Below are positions 1-11,748 of a DNA stretch of 64,000 nt, one piece after another; position 1 is the first letter of the stretch, and every line of letters begins with the position of its first letter. The stretch is from the NCBI GenBank assembly GCA_965112735.1, contig OZ218953.1:558001-622000 (forward strand). The letters are read 5' to 3'. The DNA comes from Phaeosaccion multiseriatum. Lineage: Eukaryota > Protista > Ochrophyta, other classes. Made by a program: the position numbers and the translations under genes. The notes below the pieces were generated by a model. It did not search any database, had not been told where the DNA came from, and saw only the letters and a program-made list of their open reading frames with translations.

Positions 1-537
1 ACCGTCGCTGGTATCATCGCGGCGAATGAGGGAGAGGGAAGTAGTAGCAATAGCAATAGCAGTAGTAGCAGTCGCGGCGAAGCGGCACAGGTGGGATGGG
101 GGGGTAGGACGCTGCAGGACGTCAGCGATAGCGAGGTAGCGGACATTCTCGATGGCAAACCTGGCGACAGCAGCGTGGGCAGCGAGGGCTCTAGCAGCGA
201 GGGTAGCAGCAGGAAGTTGCCGTCGCTCCTCTTTGCCAAAGAGGAGGAGGCCCGAGGGATTCAGCCCCATGCCGCTGGCCTGCGACGCATCATTCGGGAA
301 TGCACCGTAGGGGAGGATGAGCCCTTTGATGAGGATGGGTGCGACGACGCGGGGGTGGTGTGGCAGTTTGACGAGGCGGATTACGATTACGATTCCGAGG
401 ACCATTACGCGGGCGAGGACGGCATTACGGAGCGGGAGAGGGAGGAGGCGAGTGGGGCGAGGGGGGCGGGAGGTGTCCAGGGGACAGGGGAGCGCGGCCA
501 AGGCTCTGGGAGGCGCGGCAACAACGGCAGGTCATAG
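1..537 (+). CDS. 3' end (terminal exon, partial) of an acidic, low-complexity hypothetical protein
   Basis: Frame 1 is open from base 1 to TAG at 535-537, with a D/E/S/G-rich translation followed by AT-richer UTR-like sequence. No recognisable domain. Confidence 0.55.
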   Translation, partial: TVAGIIAANEGEGSSSNSNSSSSSRGEAAQVGWGGRTLQDVSDSEVADILDGKPGDSSVGSEGSSSEGSSRKLPSLLFAKEEEARGIQPHAAGLRRIIRECTVGEDEPFDEDGCDDAGVVWQFDEADYDYDSEDHYAGEDGITEREREEASGARGAGGVQGTGERGQGSGRRGNNGRS

Positions 538-862
538 CAAAGATGGTAGTGCTGTTATGCCATGCTCTGTTCTCCCGAACCGTTATCAGTACCCGTGGTG
601 AGGACACCTACCATAAAAACTGTTTTGTTGTCTTTATTTGGCTCCTTCTCTCATCATCCAGGGGCTTGCCCTTGAACCAGCCCGCCCCTCCTTGCGGCAG
701 ATGAAAGTGCACTCTCACGGTACTCTGCTGCTGCAGTGGCACGCCCCCCCCCCCCCCAAATACACCACACCTGGTGCGTAATAAAGGCGAAGGGGGTTGG
801 GAAAGGGCCGTGGCCGGCCTCAGCCTCGTTCTGTCTCGCTAAACCCTTGGTGAAGAGAGAAG

Positions 863-3713
863 TTAGCAGCCTCCGTCGCCGTCTCCCGCCCCAACGAACA
901 AGAGCTGCCTAAAGATCCCTGGCGAGCGGATGAAGAAGCGCTGATCCAGCCCCTTGGGTACAGCCATCTCGCCGGGCCCCTCCTCGGCACCCGCCCCGCC
1001 CTGTCCTGAAACGCCACCCCCCTGTCCTGAAACGACCTTTTTCTGTCCTGAAATGCCACTCCCCGGAGGCGGTGTGTCTGTCTGTACCTGTGCGTTCGGC
1101 CGCGCTGGCTGCTCCGAGCCTTGTCCCACGCTCAAATCTTCCCATACTGGACTCACAAAGCTCACGAGGCCGGCCCCAGTAGAATCTGACTGCTCGTCTA
1201 CCTGTCCTGCCTCTGCCTTGCCCTTGCCCTTGTCTCCTTCCTCCTTCTCGTCTGCGGCGGCCTCGGCAGCAGTGACGGAGAGGGTCGCCGGCCAGCTGAC
1301 CGTCTCGGAGCACTCGGGGACGGGGCCACAGGGGCCTGGGAGTGAAGAGAAGACACGGGCAAGGGGAGGGGAGTAGGGGGCTGGCTGAGGATAGGCGTGT
1401 GATGCAGGCTTGGCTTGGGATTGGTGACGAGTCTATACACTCTCTCAATCACCCTCCCCCCCCCCCTTCCTACAGACCCGAGCTCTCACCGTAGCGCTTC
1501 CGCTCGCCCACGGAAGCCACGTCCATGGTCCACCACCCCACCATGAGCGTTAGACGATGTGCCCCCGCGGAGAGCGTCTTCCTCTGCGCGCCGTCCTCCC
1601 CTTGCTCCTCCGTCGTTGTTGTTGCTGCTGTATCACCAACTGCTGGTGCTGCAGGGAGGGGGCAAGGAAGGACGCCGTGGAGCAAGTCTCCGGGAAAGAT
1701 CATAAAGGCCCCGTCCTCGGGGTGCGCCATCCTGCCGTCGCCAAGGGGGGCCGTGGGGAGAGACAGCATTGGGCCGAACCCCCCATAAGTCAGTCAGTCC
1801 ATCCGTCAGTCAGTCAGTCAGTCAGTCCATCCGTCAGTCAGTCAGTCAGACAGTCAGTCAGTCAGTCACTCAGTCCATCCATCAGTGAGCCAACCGTCTG
1901 CCCATTCTCCTCACCAGAGCCCGCCCAAATTCCTTTCCTGTGTGCCGCTGCTCGCACTGTATGCGCTCACCATCTCTGTCAACATCTCTGCCAGAGCAAA
2001 CCCATCCCTCCGTCCGTCCCTCCCTCCCTCCTCCCCTCCCTCCCTCCCTCCCTCCTCCCCTCCCTCCCTCCCTCCCTCCCTCCCTCCCTCCCTCCCTCCC
2101 TCCCTCCCTCCCTCTCCCTCTCTCCCTCCCTCCCTCCCTCCCCACCTCCCTCCCTCCCCACCTCCCTCCTCCCTCCACCCCCTCCACTCACCACCCCCTC
2201 TCTGCAAGCCCCTGGTCGGGCGTCTGCTCGAGCACGAGGGTGGGCGCTGCTGCCCCTGTCCCCCCGGTGAGATAGACCACCGAGCTCACTCGGGGGTGCA
2301 CTATGGAACCCTTCTTTTCCAGCGTCACTTCTTCTGTGTCGAAGTGCAGCTGGTGGCCGAGATTGCGCCCCCCTGTGAGCCTGAACAGGTGGGAGGGGCA
2401 AGGAGAGACTTGGAAGGTTAAGCCGAATACAATTACGCCTTGTTGTTTTGCAGACAGTGTCAGAGATATCTAATAGGGCGGCTTTTGCTGCCTTGTCTTT
2501 CTTCTAACCTCGTGTGCGTCCACCATTCCGCCCCGACAATCTTCTCCCCGCACTGGGCTTCCACCCTGGGGAGGAGGTGGCGAATGAGCTCCTCCACGGC
2601 GTTGGTACTCTTGCGCTCCAAGTCGTACCAGAAGGAAAAGTACCCTCTGTTCTCGTACCCGACCTCCTGCCAGTAGGGGGCACCTGGGTTGAAGCCTCGC
2701 AGCAAGACTCGAAGGAGGGAAGGTGGTATGGCATCTCGCCACATGGTCACAGGAGCAGGAGCAGCACAAGTGGTAGCGGTGGGAACGGGGGCCGGTATTC
2801 CGGAGTTCGCAATTTCCCAGACGCCTCCCGCGAGTCGGTGCTTGTACCCGAAGGGTTTGAGGAAGAGGGCGGCCTCTTTGTGCCTGCCAAGCATCTCCAG
2901 GAGGAGGCCGGCAATGTACGTCGCCGTGGCCACTCCTCTATTGCGTGGCTGCACCAACCAAGAGTCTTCCCAAGATTCTCCCTCTCCGCCTTCTCCCTCC
3001 CCTCCCTCTTGCTCGGCCTTGCCCTCGCCCTGCTGCTCCGTCTTCAGCCCGTCTCCGTCTGGACCGCGAGACGAGGAGTAGACCGGAAGGGAGGCCGCTT
3101 CTTTGTAGAGCAGCAGCGCTGCCTCCACCTCTCCCTGATCCCGCTTGTAGTTGGCCAGCCCCAGCTTTGCACCAATGTTGTCCGGCCACAGCGCGAGACT
3201 CGCGCGAAAGTTCCACAACGCGGATTCGAATGCATCTTCATCCTCCTCCTCCTCCCCGTCCTCCTCCCCACTCTCTCCCTCACTGCCACCACTATCACTC
3301 CCAGAGTCGTCCTCCCCTAGCTGTGCGTCGCCCTTACCACGGTCCGTCAGAGCGAGCGCGATTTGCAGAAGGCCGAGGTTGTGATGCGCTTCGCTGAGAA
3401 TGAAGGGCAGGGGCGGCTCCTGGAGTTGTCCCTGGATGTGACGATACCCGCATAGGCTGTGGCTATACTCATCGTCCTTTTGCTCTTCTTCGCCCTCCCC
3501 GATGTCCAGAGAGTTCTGGTAGGCCTCCATGGCCCCATCTGTGTCCCCCTCCTGCTCCAGCCCCTGAGCGCTCACGTAGTGCCACAGACATGCGAGATGC
3601 CTTTGTCTCTCCAGACCAACCTCCTCCTCCACCGCCTCCTCCTCCACCACCTCCATCTTAGCCTCCTTTTCTTCTCCCTCCCCCTCGCACCTCTCTCTCT
3701 TCTTTCCCCTCAT
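863..3713 (-). CDS. TPR-containing protein with C-terminal 2OG-Fe(II) dioxygenase-like domain
   Basis: Exons 3713-2509, 2380-2192, 1731-1490, 1335-863, joined in frame by GT-AG. N-terminus has TPR-like helices (SEAHHNLGLL..., GAKLGLANYKRDQGEVEAALLLYKEA). C-terminus has AEWWTH, LHFD (HxD), SSVVYL, FPGDLLHGV (distal His) and RLTLMVGWW (2OG-binding Arg). Confidence 0.8.
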
Positions 3714-4034
3714 CGTAGAAATTTTGCCTTTGCTCTTCTCTTTTGGTACAAAGTAGCGAGTTAATTAGGTTGGCGTGTTGGTGCTCAAATTTACAAATGC
3801 CCTGCTTGTATCAAAAAAAAAAAAGTTGGTTACAGAATCTTTCGAAGCGGAACTACGCCTCCTCCTCTCGTCCGCTCGTGCAACTGATATGGTTACAGCC
3901 GGGCAAACACGTCCGAATACTGCATCTCGCTGTAATTTTACGGCGAGACGAGAGAGTAACTGTAACTGTAATATGACTGAAAACAGCATTCATTTATCAA
4001 CTGAGCACCCTCTCTCCACCGTTGTTTGTTTACC

Positions 4035-7000
4035 ATGATGACAGTCAGGCGCGCCTCCACGGCGGTCGTCCTGGCTCTCCTCCTCGTCGACCCGGCCGGG
4101 GCCTACTGGCGGGGATTGTCAACGAAGAGCAAGTCCACAGACAAAAAGTCGGATGAAGACACCAAAAGCAGCAAGACGACGTGGAATGATAGCAAGGGTG
4201 ATGATAAGTGGAGCAAATCTAAGTGGAGCAAGTCGAAGAAAGATGACAAGTCCAAATGGTCAGAGACCACAACGGGTGAGTTGTGGCAGACTGATTGTGG
4301 GCGGCTAGGGAAGGAAGAAAGGGGCTTCTGCTTTGCTTGTTCTGTTATCCAGTTGTCCAGTTGTACCTGTCGTTTCGTTCTGCCCTATTCCGCCCTACTC
4401 TGCTCTACTCTGCCCTACTCAGCCCTTCTCTTCTGTGCTCTTCTCCCTTCCCCTCTCATCACAACGCTGACAACTACCCGCCACCCCCCCCACTGCCCTT
4501 ATCAGATACCAAGAACAAGTCATCATGGAAGGACGATGACAAGAGCAGCGACAAGTGGAGCAAGTCGAAGGACGATGACAAGACCAAGACCTTTGGTGAG
4601 TGGGCGGCTACACATGTGTAAAGCTGGACACATGGGGGCTCCTGCTTCGCTCTGTTATCCACTTGTTCAATTGTCCCTATCTTTCGCTCTGCCCTACTCT
4701 GCCCTTCTCTTCTGTGCTCTGCTCTCTTCTGTGTTCTTCTCCCTTCCCCTCTCCTCACAACGCTGACAACTACCCACTCACCCTCTCCACTCCCCTTATC
4801 AGATACCAAGGACAAGTCATCATGGAAGGATGACAAGAAGAGCAGCGACAAATGGAGCAAGTCGAAGGACGATGACAAGACCAAGACCACTGGTGAGTGG
4901 GCGGCTACACATGTGTTAAGCTGGACACATGGGGGCTCCTGCTTCGCTCTGTTATCCACTTGTCCACTTGTCCCTGTCTTTCGCTCTGCCCTACTCTGCC
5001 CTTCTCTTCTGTGCTCTGCTCTCTTCTGTGCTCTTCTCCCTTCCCCTCTCCTCACAACGCTGACAACTGCCCACTCACCCTATCCACTCCCCTTATCAGA
5101 TACCAAGGGCAAGTCATCATGGAAGGATGACAAGAAGAGCAGCGACAAATGGAGCAAGTCGAAGGACGATGACAAGGCCAAGACCACTGGTGAGTGGGCG
5201 GCTACAATCGGAAAGCTGGACACATAGGGGCTTCTGCTTCGCTCTGTTATCCACTTGTTCAGTTGTCCCTATCTTTGGCTCTGCCCTACTCTGCCCTACT
5301 CTTCTGTGCTCTTCTCCCTTCCCCTCCCACCGAAACGCTGACAACTGCCCACTCACCCTCTCCACTCCCCTTATCAGACACCAAGGACAAGTCATCATGG
5401 AAGGATGACAAGAAGAGCAGCGACAAGTGGAGCAAGTCCAAGAGCGATGACAAGACCAAGACCTCTGGTGAGTGGGCGGCTACAAGGGGAAAGCTGGACA
5501 CATGGGGCTTCTGCTTTGCTCTGTTATCCACTTGTCCAGTTGTCCCTATCTTTCGCTCTGCCCTACTCTGCCCTACTCTTCTGTGCTCTGCTCTCTTCTG
5601 TGTTCTTCTCCCCTTCCCCTCTCATCACAACGCTAACAACTGCCCACTCACCCTCTCCACTCTCTCTATCAGATACCAAGGACAAGTCATCATGGAAGGA
5701 TGACAAGAAGAGCAGCGATAAGAAATGGTCCGATAAGAAGAGCAGCGACAAGAAGAGCAGCGTCACCCCTGCCCCTGTGTGGACGGCTACACCCACCGCT
5801 GCCCCTGTGAGGACGGCTACACCCACCGCTGCCCCTGTGAGGACGGCTACACCAACCGCTGCCCCTGTGTGGACGGCTACACCCACCGCTGCCCCTGTGA
5901 GGACGGCTACACCCACCGCTGCCCCTGTGTGGACGGCTACACCCACCGATGTTCCTGTGTGGACGGCCAGCCCCACCGTGTGCGTGCCCGACGAATGCGT
6001 TGCCCTATGCGCCACCTATGGAGAGACCTGCTACACAGCCAAGACCTACTGCGATGGCGGTGGCTCCACGAGTGGTGAGTTGTCGGCGGCCATTAGCTTG
6101 TCCTGTGCTCCTTCTCATCCTTCTATTTCGGCCATCGTCATTTGTACCTCGCTCGCTCGCACGCTCGAACAAGCGCGTCCCTTCCTCACTAACTCACGCT
6201 CCCCCACCCTCTTTCTCTACCCACTGCCCACGCTGCACTTCCCTCCTTCACTCACTCACACGCTCCCTCCTCTCTTTGTACCCGCTACACACACTTTCCC
6301 CTTGGCCTCCCCTCTTCAGGCAGCAAGACGACAAAATCAAAGAGCAGCGGGACCAAAACAAAGTCGAGCGACAAATCCAGGCGACGACTCGGATCAAGCT
6401 GGTCCAAAAAAGATGGGAAGGACGCGTCGAGCGATGGGAAGGGTGATTGGAGCGGCTCAAAGAAGGACAGCTGGTCAAAGAAGGACGGCAAGAAGGACGG
6501 CAAGAAGGGCGGCAAGAAGATGGACGCCACCGTTCCCGACGATTGCAACCCCCACGGCTGTGGCGAATACTGCCGCCTGTGTGGCCCCCATGTGACCGAT
6601 GATGAGGGCCAGCCTGTGCCCTGCCCCGAGGACGACTGCACGCCCGACCCGACCCCCGCCCCCGTCACTCCGCCTACACCTACGGACCCCCCTGTCTGCA
6701 TTGTGGACCCCTGCACGGAGCTGTGCTTCCGGGCTGATGGCAGTGGGGGAGCTCTCGACTGCGTCACTGACATAGAGAAGTGCTCCGGCTCCAACGCTCC
6801 TGCCGGATGCCAGGCCTACGGCACCCCCAAGGAACAAGGCTGCCGCTTCTGCGGAGACGCAGGCATTGCTCTGGGCTACGAGCTCGCTTGCCCGGAAATC
6901 TGCGAGGAGCTCACGCTCGCGCCCACCCCAGCTCCCACCCCTCCCCCCACTGACGCGCCCGTCTGGACAGCGGCGCCTACTCCCGCCCCCACCATGAAGG

Positions 7001-10000
7001 TACGCCATCTCAGCAGTCATGGGCAGTGCGCCGTGCCCGTCGACCTCATGTGATCGGCCCTTTTGAGCTCTACGCGCCCCCGAAGCCTCGCGTTTCCCTT
7101 AACCCCTGCTCCACGTCATTCCCGTCCTTCCTTCCCTTGCTCGCTTCCCCACCCACAGCCAACGAGGGCTCCTACGGATGCACCTACCCCCGCCCCGACG
7201 ATGAAGGTGAGCAATCTCAGCAGTCATGGGCAGTCCGCCGTGCCCGTCGACCTCATGTGATCGGCCCGTTTCAGCTCTACGCTCCCAGCTAAGCCTCACG
7301 CGTCTCTTACCCCTTGCTCCACTTCCATGTCCGCCCTTCCTTCCCGTGTTCGCTCCTTCACTCACAGCCCACGAGGGCTCCTACGGACGCTCCTACCCCC
7401 GCACCTACGACCAAGCCAGTCTGGACAGCCGCACCTACGCCCGCCCCCACCATAAAGGTTAGCAACCTCAGCAGTCATGGGCAGTGCGCCGTGCCCGTCG
7501 AGCTCATGTGATCGGCCCTTTTGAGCTCTATGCGCCCCCGAAGCCTCGCGTTTCCCTTAACCCTTGCTCCACGTCATTCCCGTCCTTCCTTCCCTTGCTC
7601 GCTTCCCCACCCACAGCCCACGACGGCTCCCACGGATGCACCTACCCCCGCCCCGACGATGAAGGTGAGCAATCTCAGCAGTCATGGGCAGTCCGCCGTG
7701 CCCGTCGACCTCGTGTGATCGGCCCGTTCGAGCTCTACGCTCCCCGCTAAGCCTCACGCGTCTCTTACCCCTTGCTTCACTTCATGTCCGTCCTTCCTTC
7801 CCGTGCTCGCTTCCCCACCCACAGCCCACGAGGGCTCCCACGGATGCACCTACCCCCGCCCCGACGATGAAGGTAAGCCATCTCAGCAGTCAGGGGCCGT
7901 GTGCTGTACCCGTCGAGCTGGTGTGTACGAGCCGTCTCTTTCCTACACTCTCTACTAAGCCTCGCTCTCCTGCTACCCCACATGCATTCCCGTGCTCGCT
8001 CCTTCACTCACAGCCCACGAGGGCTCCTACGGACGCTCCTACCCCCGCTCCTACGACCAAGCCAGTCTGGACAGCCGAACCTACGCCCACCCCCACCATG
8101 AAGGTAAGCCATCTCAGCAGTCAGCGGCAGTCTGCTGTGCCCGTCGACCTCATGTAATTGGTCCGTTTGAGCTCTACACCCCCCCGAAGCCTCGCGTTTC
8201 CCTTAACCCTTGCTCCACTTTATTTCCATCCTCTCTTCCCTCGCTCGCTTCCCCACCCACAGCCCACGAGGGCTCCTACGGATGCACCTACCCCCGCCCC
8301 GACGATGAAGGTGAGCAATCTCAGCAGTCATGGGCAGTCCGCCGTGCCCGTCGACCTCATGTGATCGGTCCGTTTGAGCTCTACGCCCCCCCGAAGCCTC
8401 GCGTTTCCCTTAACCCTTGCTCCACGTCATTCCCGTCCTTCCTTCCCGTGCTCGCTTCCCCACCCACAGCCCACGAGGGCTCCTACGGATGCACCTACCC
8501 CCGCCCCGACGATGGAGGTAAGCCATCTCAGCAGTCAGGGGCAGTCTGCTGTACCCGTCGAGCTGGTGTGTACGAGCCGTCTCTTTCCTACACTCTCTAC
8601 TAAGCCTCGCTCTCCTGCTACCCCACATACATTCCCGTGCTCGCTCCTTCACTCACAGCCCACGGCAGCCCCAACACCACCTCCCACGGCAGCACCAACA
8701 CCACCTCCCACGGCAGCACCAACACCACCTCCCACGGCAGCACCAACACCACCTCCCACGGCAGCACCAACACCACCTCCCACGGCAGCACCAACACCAC
8801 CTCCCACGGCGGCACCAACACCACCTCCCACGGCAGCACCAACACCACCTCCGACGGCAGCACCAACACCACCTCCCACGGCAGCACCAACACCACCTCC
8901 CACACCTGCACCCACACCCGTGCCTACGACCATGGCCCCTACAAGGGCGCCCGTCTGCGAGCCCGACCTGTGCCAGGAGAAGTGCTTCTACGCCGGCGGT
9001 GAGGCCAACTGCGTCACCGACTACTCATGCACTGGCGACTACCCCTCCGGAGGATGCAACCCCTACCCCGATGCGCACACACAGAACTGCCGTATCTGCG
9101 CGGGCACGGACTCGGACCCTTGCCCCGTGGTCTGCACCCCCTTCACCCCTGCCCCCGTCGCGCCACCCACGATGGCGCCTGTCACGCCCCCCGTCCAGCC
9201 CCCTACACCCACGGAGGCCCCTGCATGCGTGCCCGATCCCTGCCTAGCCCTTTGTGAAGAAGCCGGCACCGACAAAGCCTGCGTTACAGACCATGCATGC
9301 ACCGCCGATGGAGGAGGAGACTTGGTCGGCTGTTTCGCGGCCGGCACTGCCCAGGAGTGCCGCTTCTGTGGTCCTTCCATGACTGCCCTCAACGGCGGAG
9401 TACCGGTGGTGTGCCCCCCTGTGGATTGCAACGAAACGCCCGCGCCTGTCCCGCAAACGGAGGTACGTCGAATAGGGGGTTGTCTATCCGTATGGAGCGT
9501 TGTGCGTCGCGTCGTCTGAATCTTGCCTTCCATCCCACTCTCACCTCACTCTACCTCCCCAATGTGGTGTGGTGTGTGATGTGGTGTGGGCGCGTGGGCG
9601 TGGCCGCCATGGGCCCACTGCTCTGGAGTCGACATACATGACTCTAATCTACGTCCCTTTCTCTCTCTCTTGCGCTTCAGGCTCCAACGATGGCTCCTAC
9701 GATGGCTCCTACGATGGCTCCTACGATGGCTCCTACGATGGCTCCTACGATGGCTCCTACAAAGGCTCCTACAAAGGCTCCTACAAAGGCTCCTACAAAG
9801 GCGCCAACGGTGTCACCCACAGCAGCTCCAACGCCCGTACCCGTGCAACCCGTAGAGGATTGTTGCGACATGGACTCGCTCACCGAGAGCATGACGGATT
9901 ACCTCGCCTTGTACAAGAAGAAGCTCTTCTGCGACAACGACTGCCTCGACCCCACACAGAACCTCGAGTAAGTTGGGGGGTGGGCTCGAAGCAAAAAGCA

Positions 10001-10600
10001 AAGCAAAGCTGAAGCGAGTGAGCTTTCTGATCTCTGATCTCTATCCATCTTTTTGACTGTCTGTTGTGCCTAGCTGTATGAGAGATTTGTTGCTTTGCCG
10101 CTTGACTTGAGCTCCTCTGTTGTGTTGTCTTATCTTAATCCTCTCCCTCCGTACCACCCTTGATGTGATGCACCAACCAACTAACCAACCCACCCACCCA
10201 CCCACCCACCCAACACAGGCACTGCGAGATGTGGGGCCTGGGAGAGACTTGCCGCGCCTGCTACACCAGCGCCGGCACGCAGCTCTACATCGACGATGTC
10301 TTCCAGAGGGACGGCACGGTGCTCACGTGCGCCGATCTCAACATGTGTGCTGGAGAGGTTTGCGTGATGGAGATGGTCGTTGAGGCCGACGGCAACGCAG
10401 GGAGCGGCCTGCGATCGGGTGACGAGAGCCCCAGTGCGGGCGGCACAGCGTCCACTAGTAGCGCCTCCTCTTCCAATGACATGTCGGGAGGAGCCGTGGC
10501 CGGTATCGTTGTGGCTGGAGCGGTGGTCGCTGGAGTGGCGGCCGCGGTTGTGATCAAGAAGAGGCAGGCGGCCGCTGCGCAGGACCAGGCGCAGGACTAG
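4035..10600 (+). CDS. Type I membrane/cell-surface glycoprotein (~1190 aa): signal peptide, K/S/D/W repeats, Pro/Thr mucin repeats, five Cys-rich modules, C-terminal TM helix
   Basis: 17 exons: 4035-4275, 4506-4595, 4803-4892, 5100-5189, 5378-5467, 5673-6074, 6320-6999, 7159-7206, 7368-7457, 7617-7664, 7825-7872, 8014-8103, 8263-8310, 8470-8517, 8659-9462, 9681-9967, 10219-10600. All junctions are GT-AG and the total is 3576 nt, in frame. Signal peptide MMTVRRASTAVVLALLLVDPAGA; TM AVAGIVVAGAVVAGVAAAVVI followed by KKR. Confidence 0.85.
4276..5720 (+). repeat. Tandem array of ~280-320 bp intron+exon units (K/S/D/W-rich 90-nt exons)
   Basis: Five highly similar introns (GTGAGTGGGCGGCTAC...CCCCTTATCAG type), each followed by an exon encoding DTKDKSSWKDDKKSSDKWSKSK or a close variant. 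Confidence 0.95.
7000..8658 (+). repeat. Tandem array of intron+exon units encoding PTRAPTDAPTPAPTMK repeats
   Basis: Eight related introns (141-161 nt) alternate with phase-0 exons of 48 or 90 nt. Confidence 0.95.
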
Positions 10601-11274
10601 TGTTTTTAGTGTTGTTGATGATTATGTGGTGTGTTAGTGAGTTCTAGTGTGTGTGTGTGCGTACTTTCGCACAAGATTTTCTTTTTGTTTTTTCTGTGTC
10701 TCTCCCTATCTGTGTTTTTGTGATGATTTGAAGTGAATGAAGAAGTGGGGCTGTCTGTGTTTCCTTACTTCTTTGACGTTGCTGCTTGCTCTTTGTGTAC
10801 CACTTTCTTTGTGAAAGTGCGACCGGAATGACACACCATTGTGTTTGGTCTCCAATCCTCATCACTCTGCGTCGTACACGAATAAAAGTGAACGCGTTAA
10901 TTTCCCAACTTCGAGTCTTAGAGATGTCCTTGTTGCCGTAAGCAAGTTGGCCCCCTTCGCTTGACGATAAGGAATGTGGCGCAATTTCATTGTGTCGACC
11001 TATCCGTAACACCGACGTTCTGTCCGTAACACGCGACTTTTCCCCTGTATTTCGCTGATTCCCACATGCTTTCGCGCTGCAGTAAGAGGATCAACGCTGC
11101 TAGAGGAACCGCAACTGCCACATTCTAGTAGCAGTAATGCCTTAGTGAGGGCTTGTTCATGGCAGGAAGGCGGCAGGGCTGGTAGTAGCAGCAGCAGCCA
11201 AGCAAAGAGAGGTACATTTGTCACCACCACACCACCAGCAGCAGCAGAGACAAATGGAGGAGAATGAAGAAGCT

Positions 11275-11493
11275 GCAGCGGACCAGCACATAAGGATGGA
11301 ACAGCACCACCTGTGTGACAGTCTTGAAGAGATTTCTGGCGCACAGGGCTCTGAGAATACGAGTGGAAAGGCCATGGTCCTCGTGGGCTCCTGCGGCCTT
11401 TCCACTCATATTCTCAGAGCCCTGTGCACCAGAAACATCTACAAGACTGTCACACAGGTGGTGCTGTTCCATCCATATGTGCTGCTCCGCTAC
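11275..11493. repeat. Long inverted repeat (hairpin): 99-bp arms, 21-nt loop
   Basis: Arm 11275-11373 is the reverse complement of 11395-11493 with about 8 mismatches. Confidence 0.95.
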
Positions 11494-11615
11494 GAAGACA
11501 TGTCACAGCCCTTCTTCTTCCTCTCCTCCACTCCTTCTTTCGCTTCTCTTCCTGCTCCGCTGGGAGCAGCAAATCCTCTTCAATTCCTTTCATTGCTGCA
11601 CCAATCAACCGCACC

Positions 11616-11748
11616 ACAGTCTTGAAGATATTTCTGGCGCACAGGGCTCTGAGAATACGAGTGGAAAGGCCATGGTCCTCGGGGACTCCTGCGGCCTTTC
11701 CACTCATATTTCCAGAGCCCTGTGCACTAGAAATCTCTTCAAGACTGT
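11616..11748. repeat. Second copy of the hairpin (56-bp arms, near-identical loop)
   Basis: Direct repeat of ~11318-11450. Arms 11616-11671 and 11693-11748 are complementary. A further partial copy lies at ~12240-12352. Confidence 0.9.

Noticed and set aside
4276-8658. Regularly spaced repeats resembling a CRISPR array
   Set aside because: The units are GT-AG introns plus coding exons, the intervening sequences are not unique, there are no cas genes, and the context is eukaryotic.
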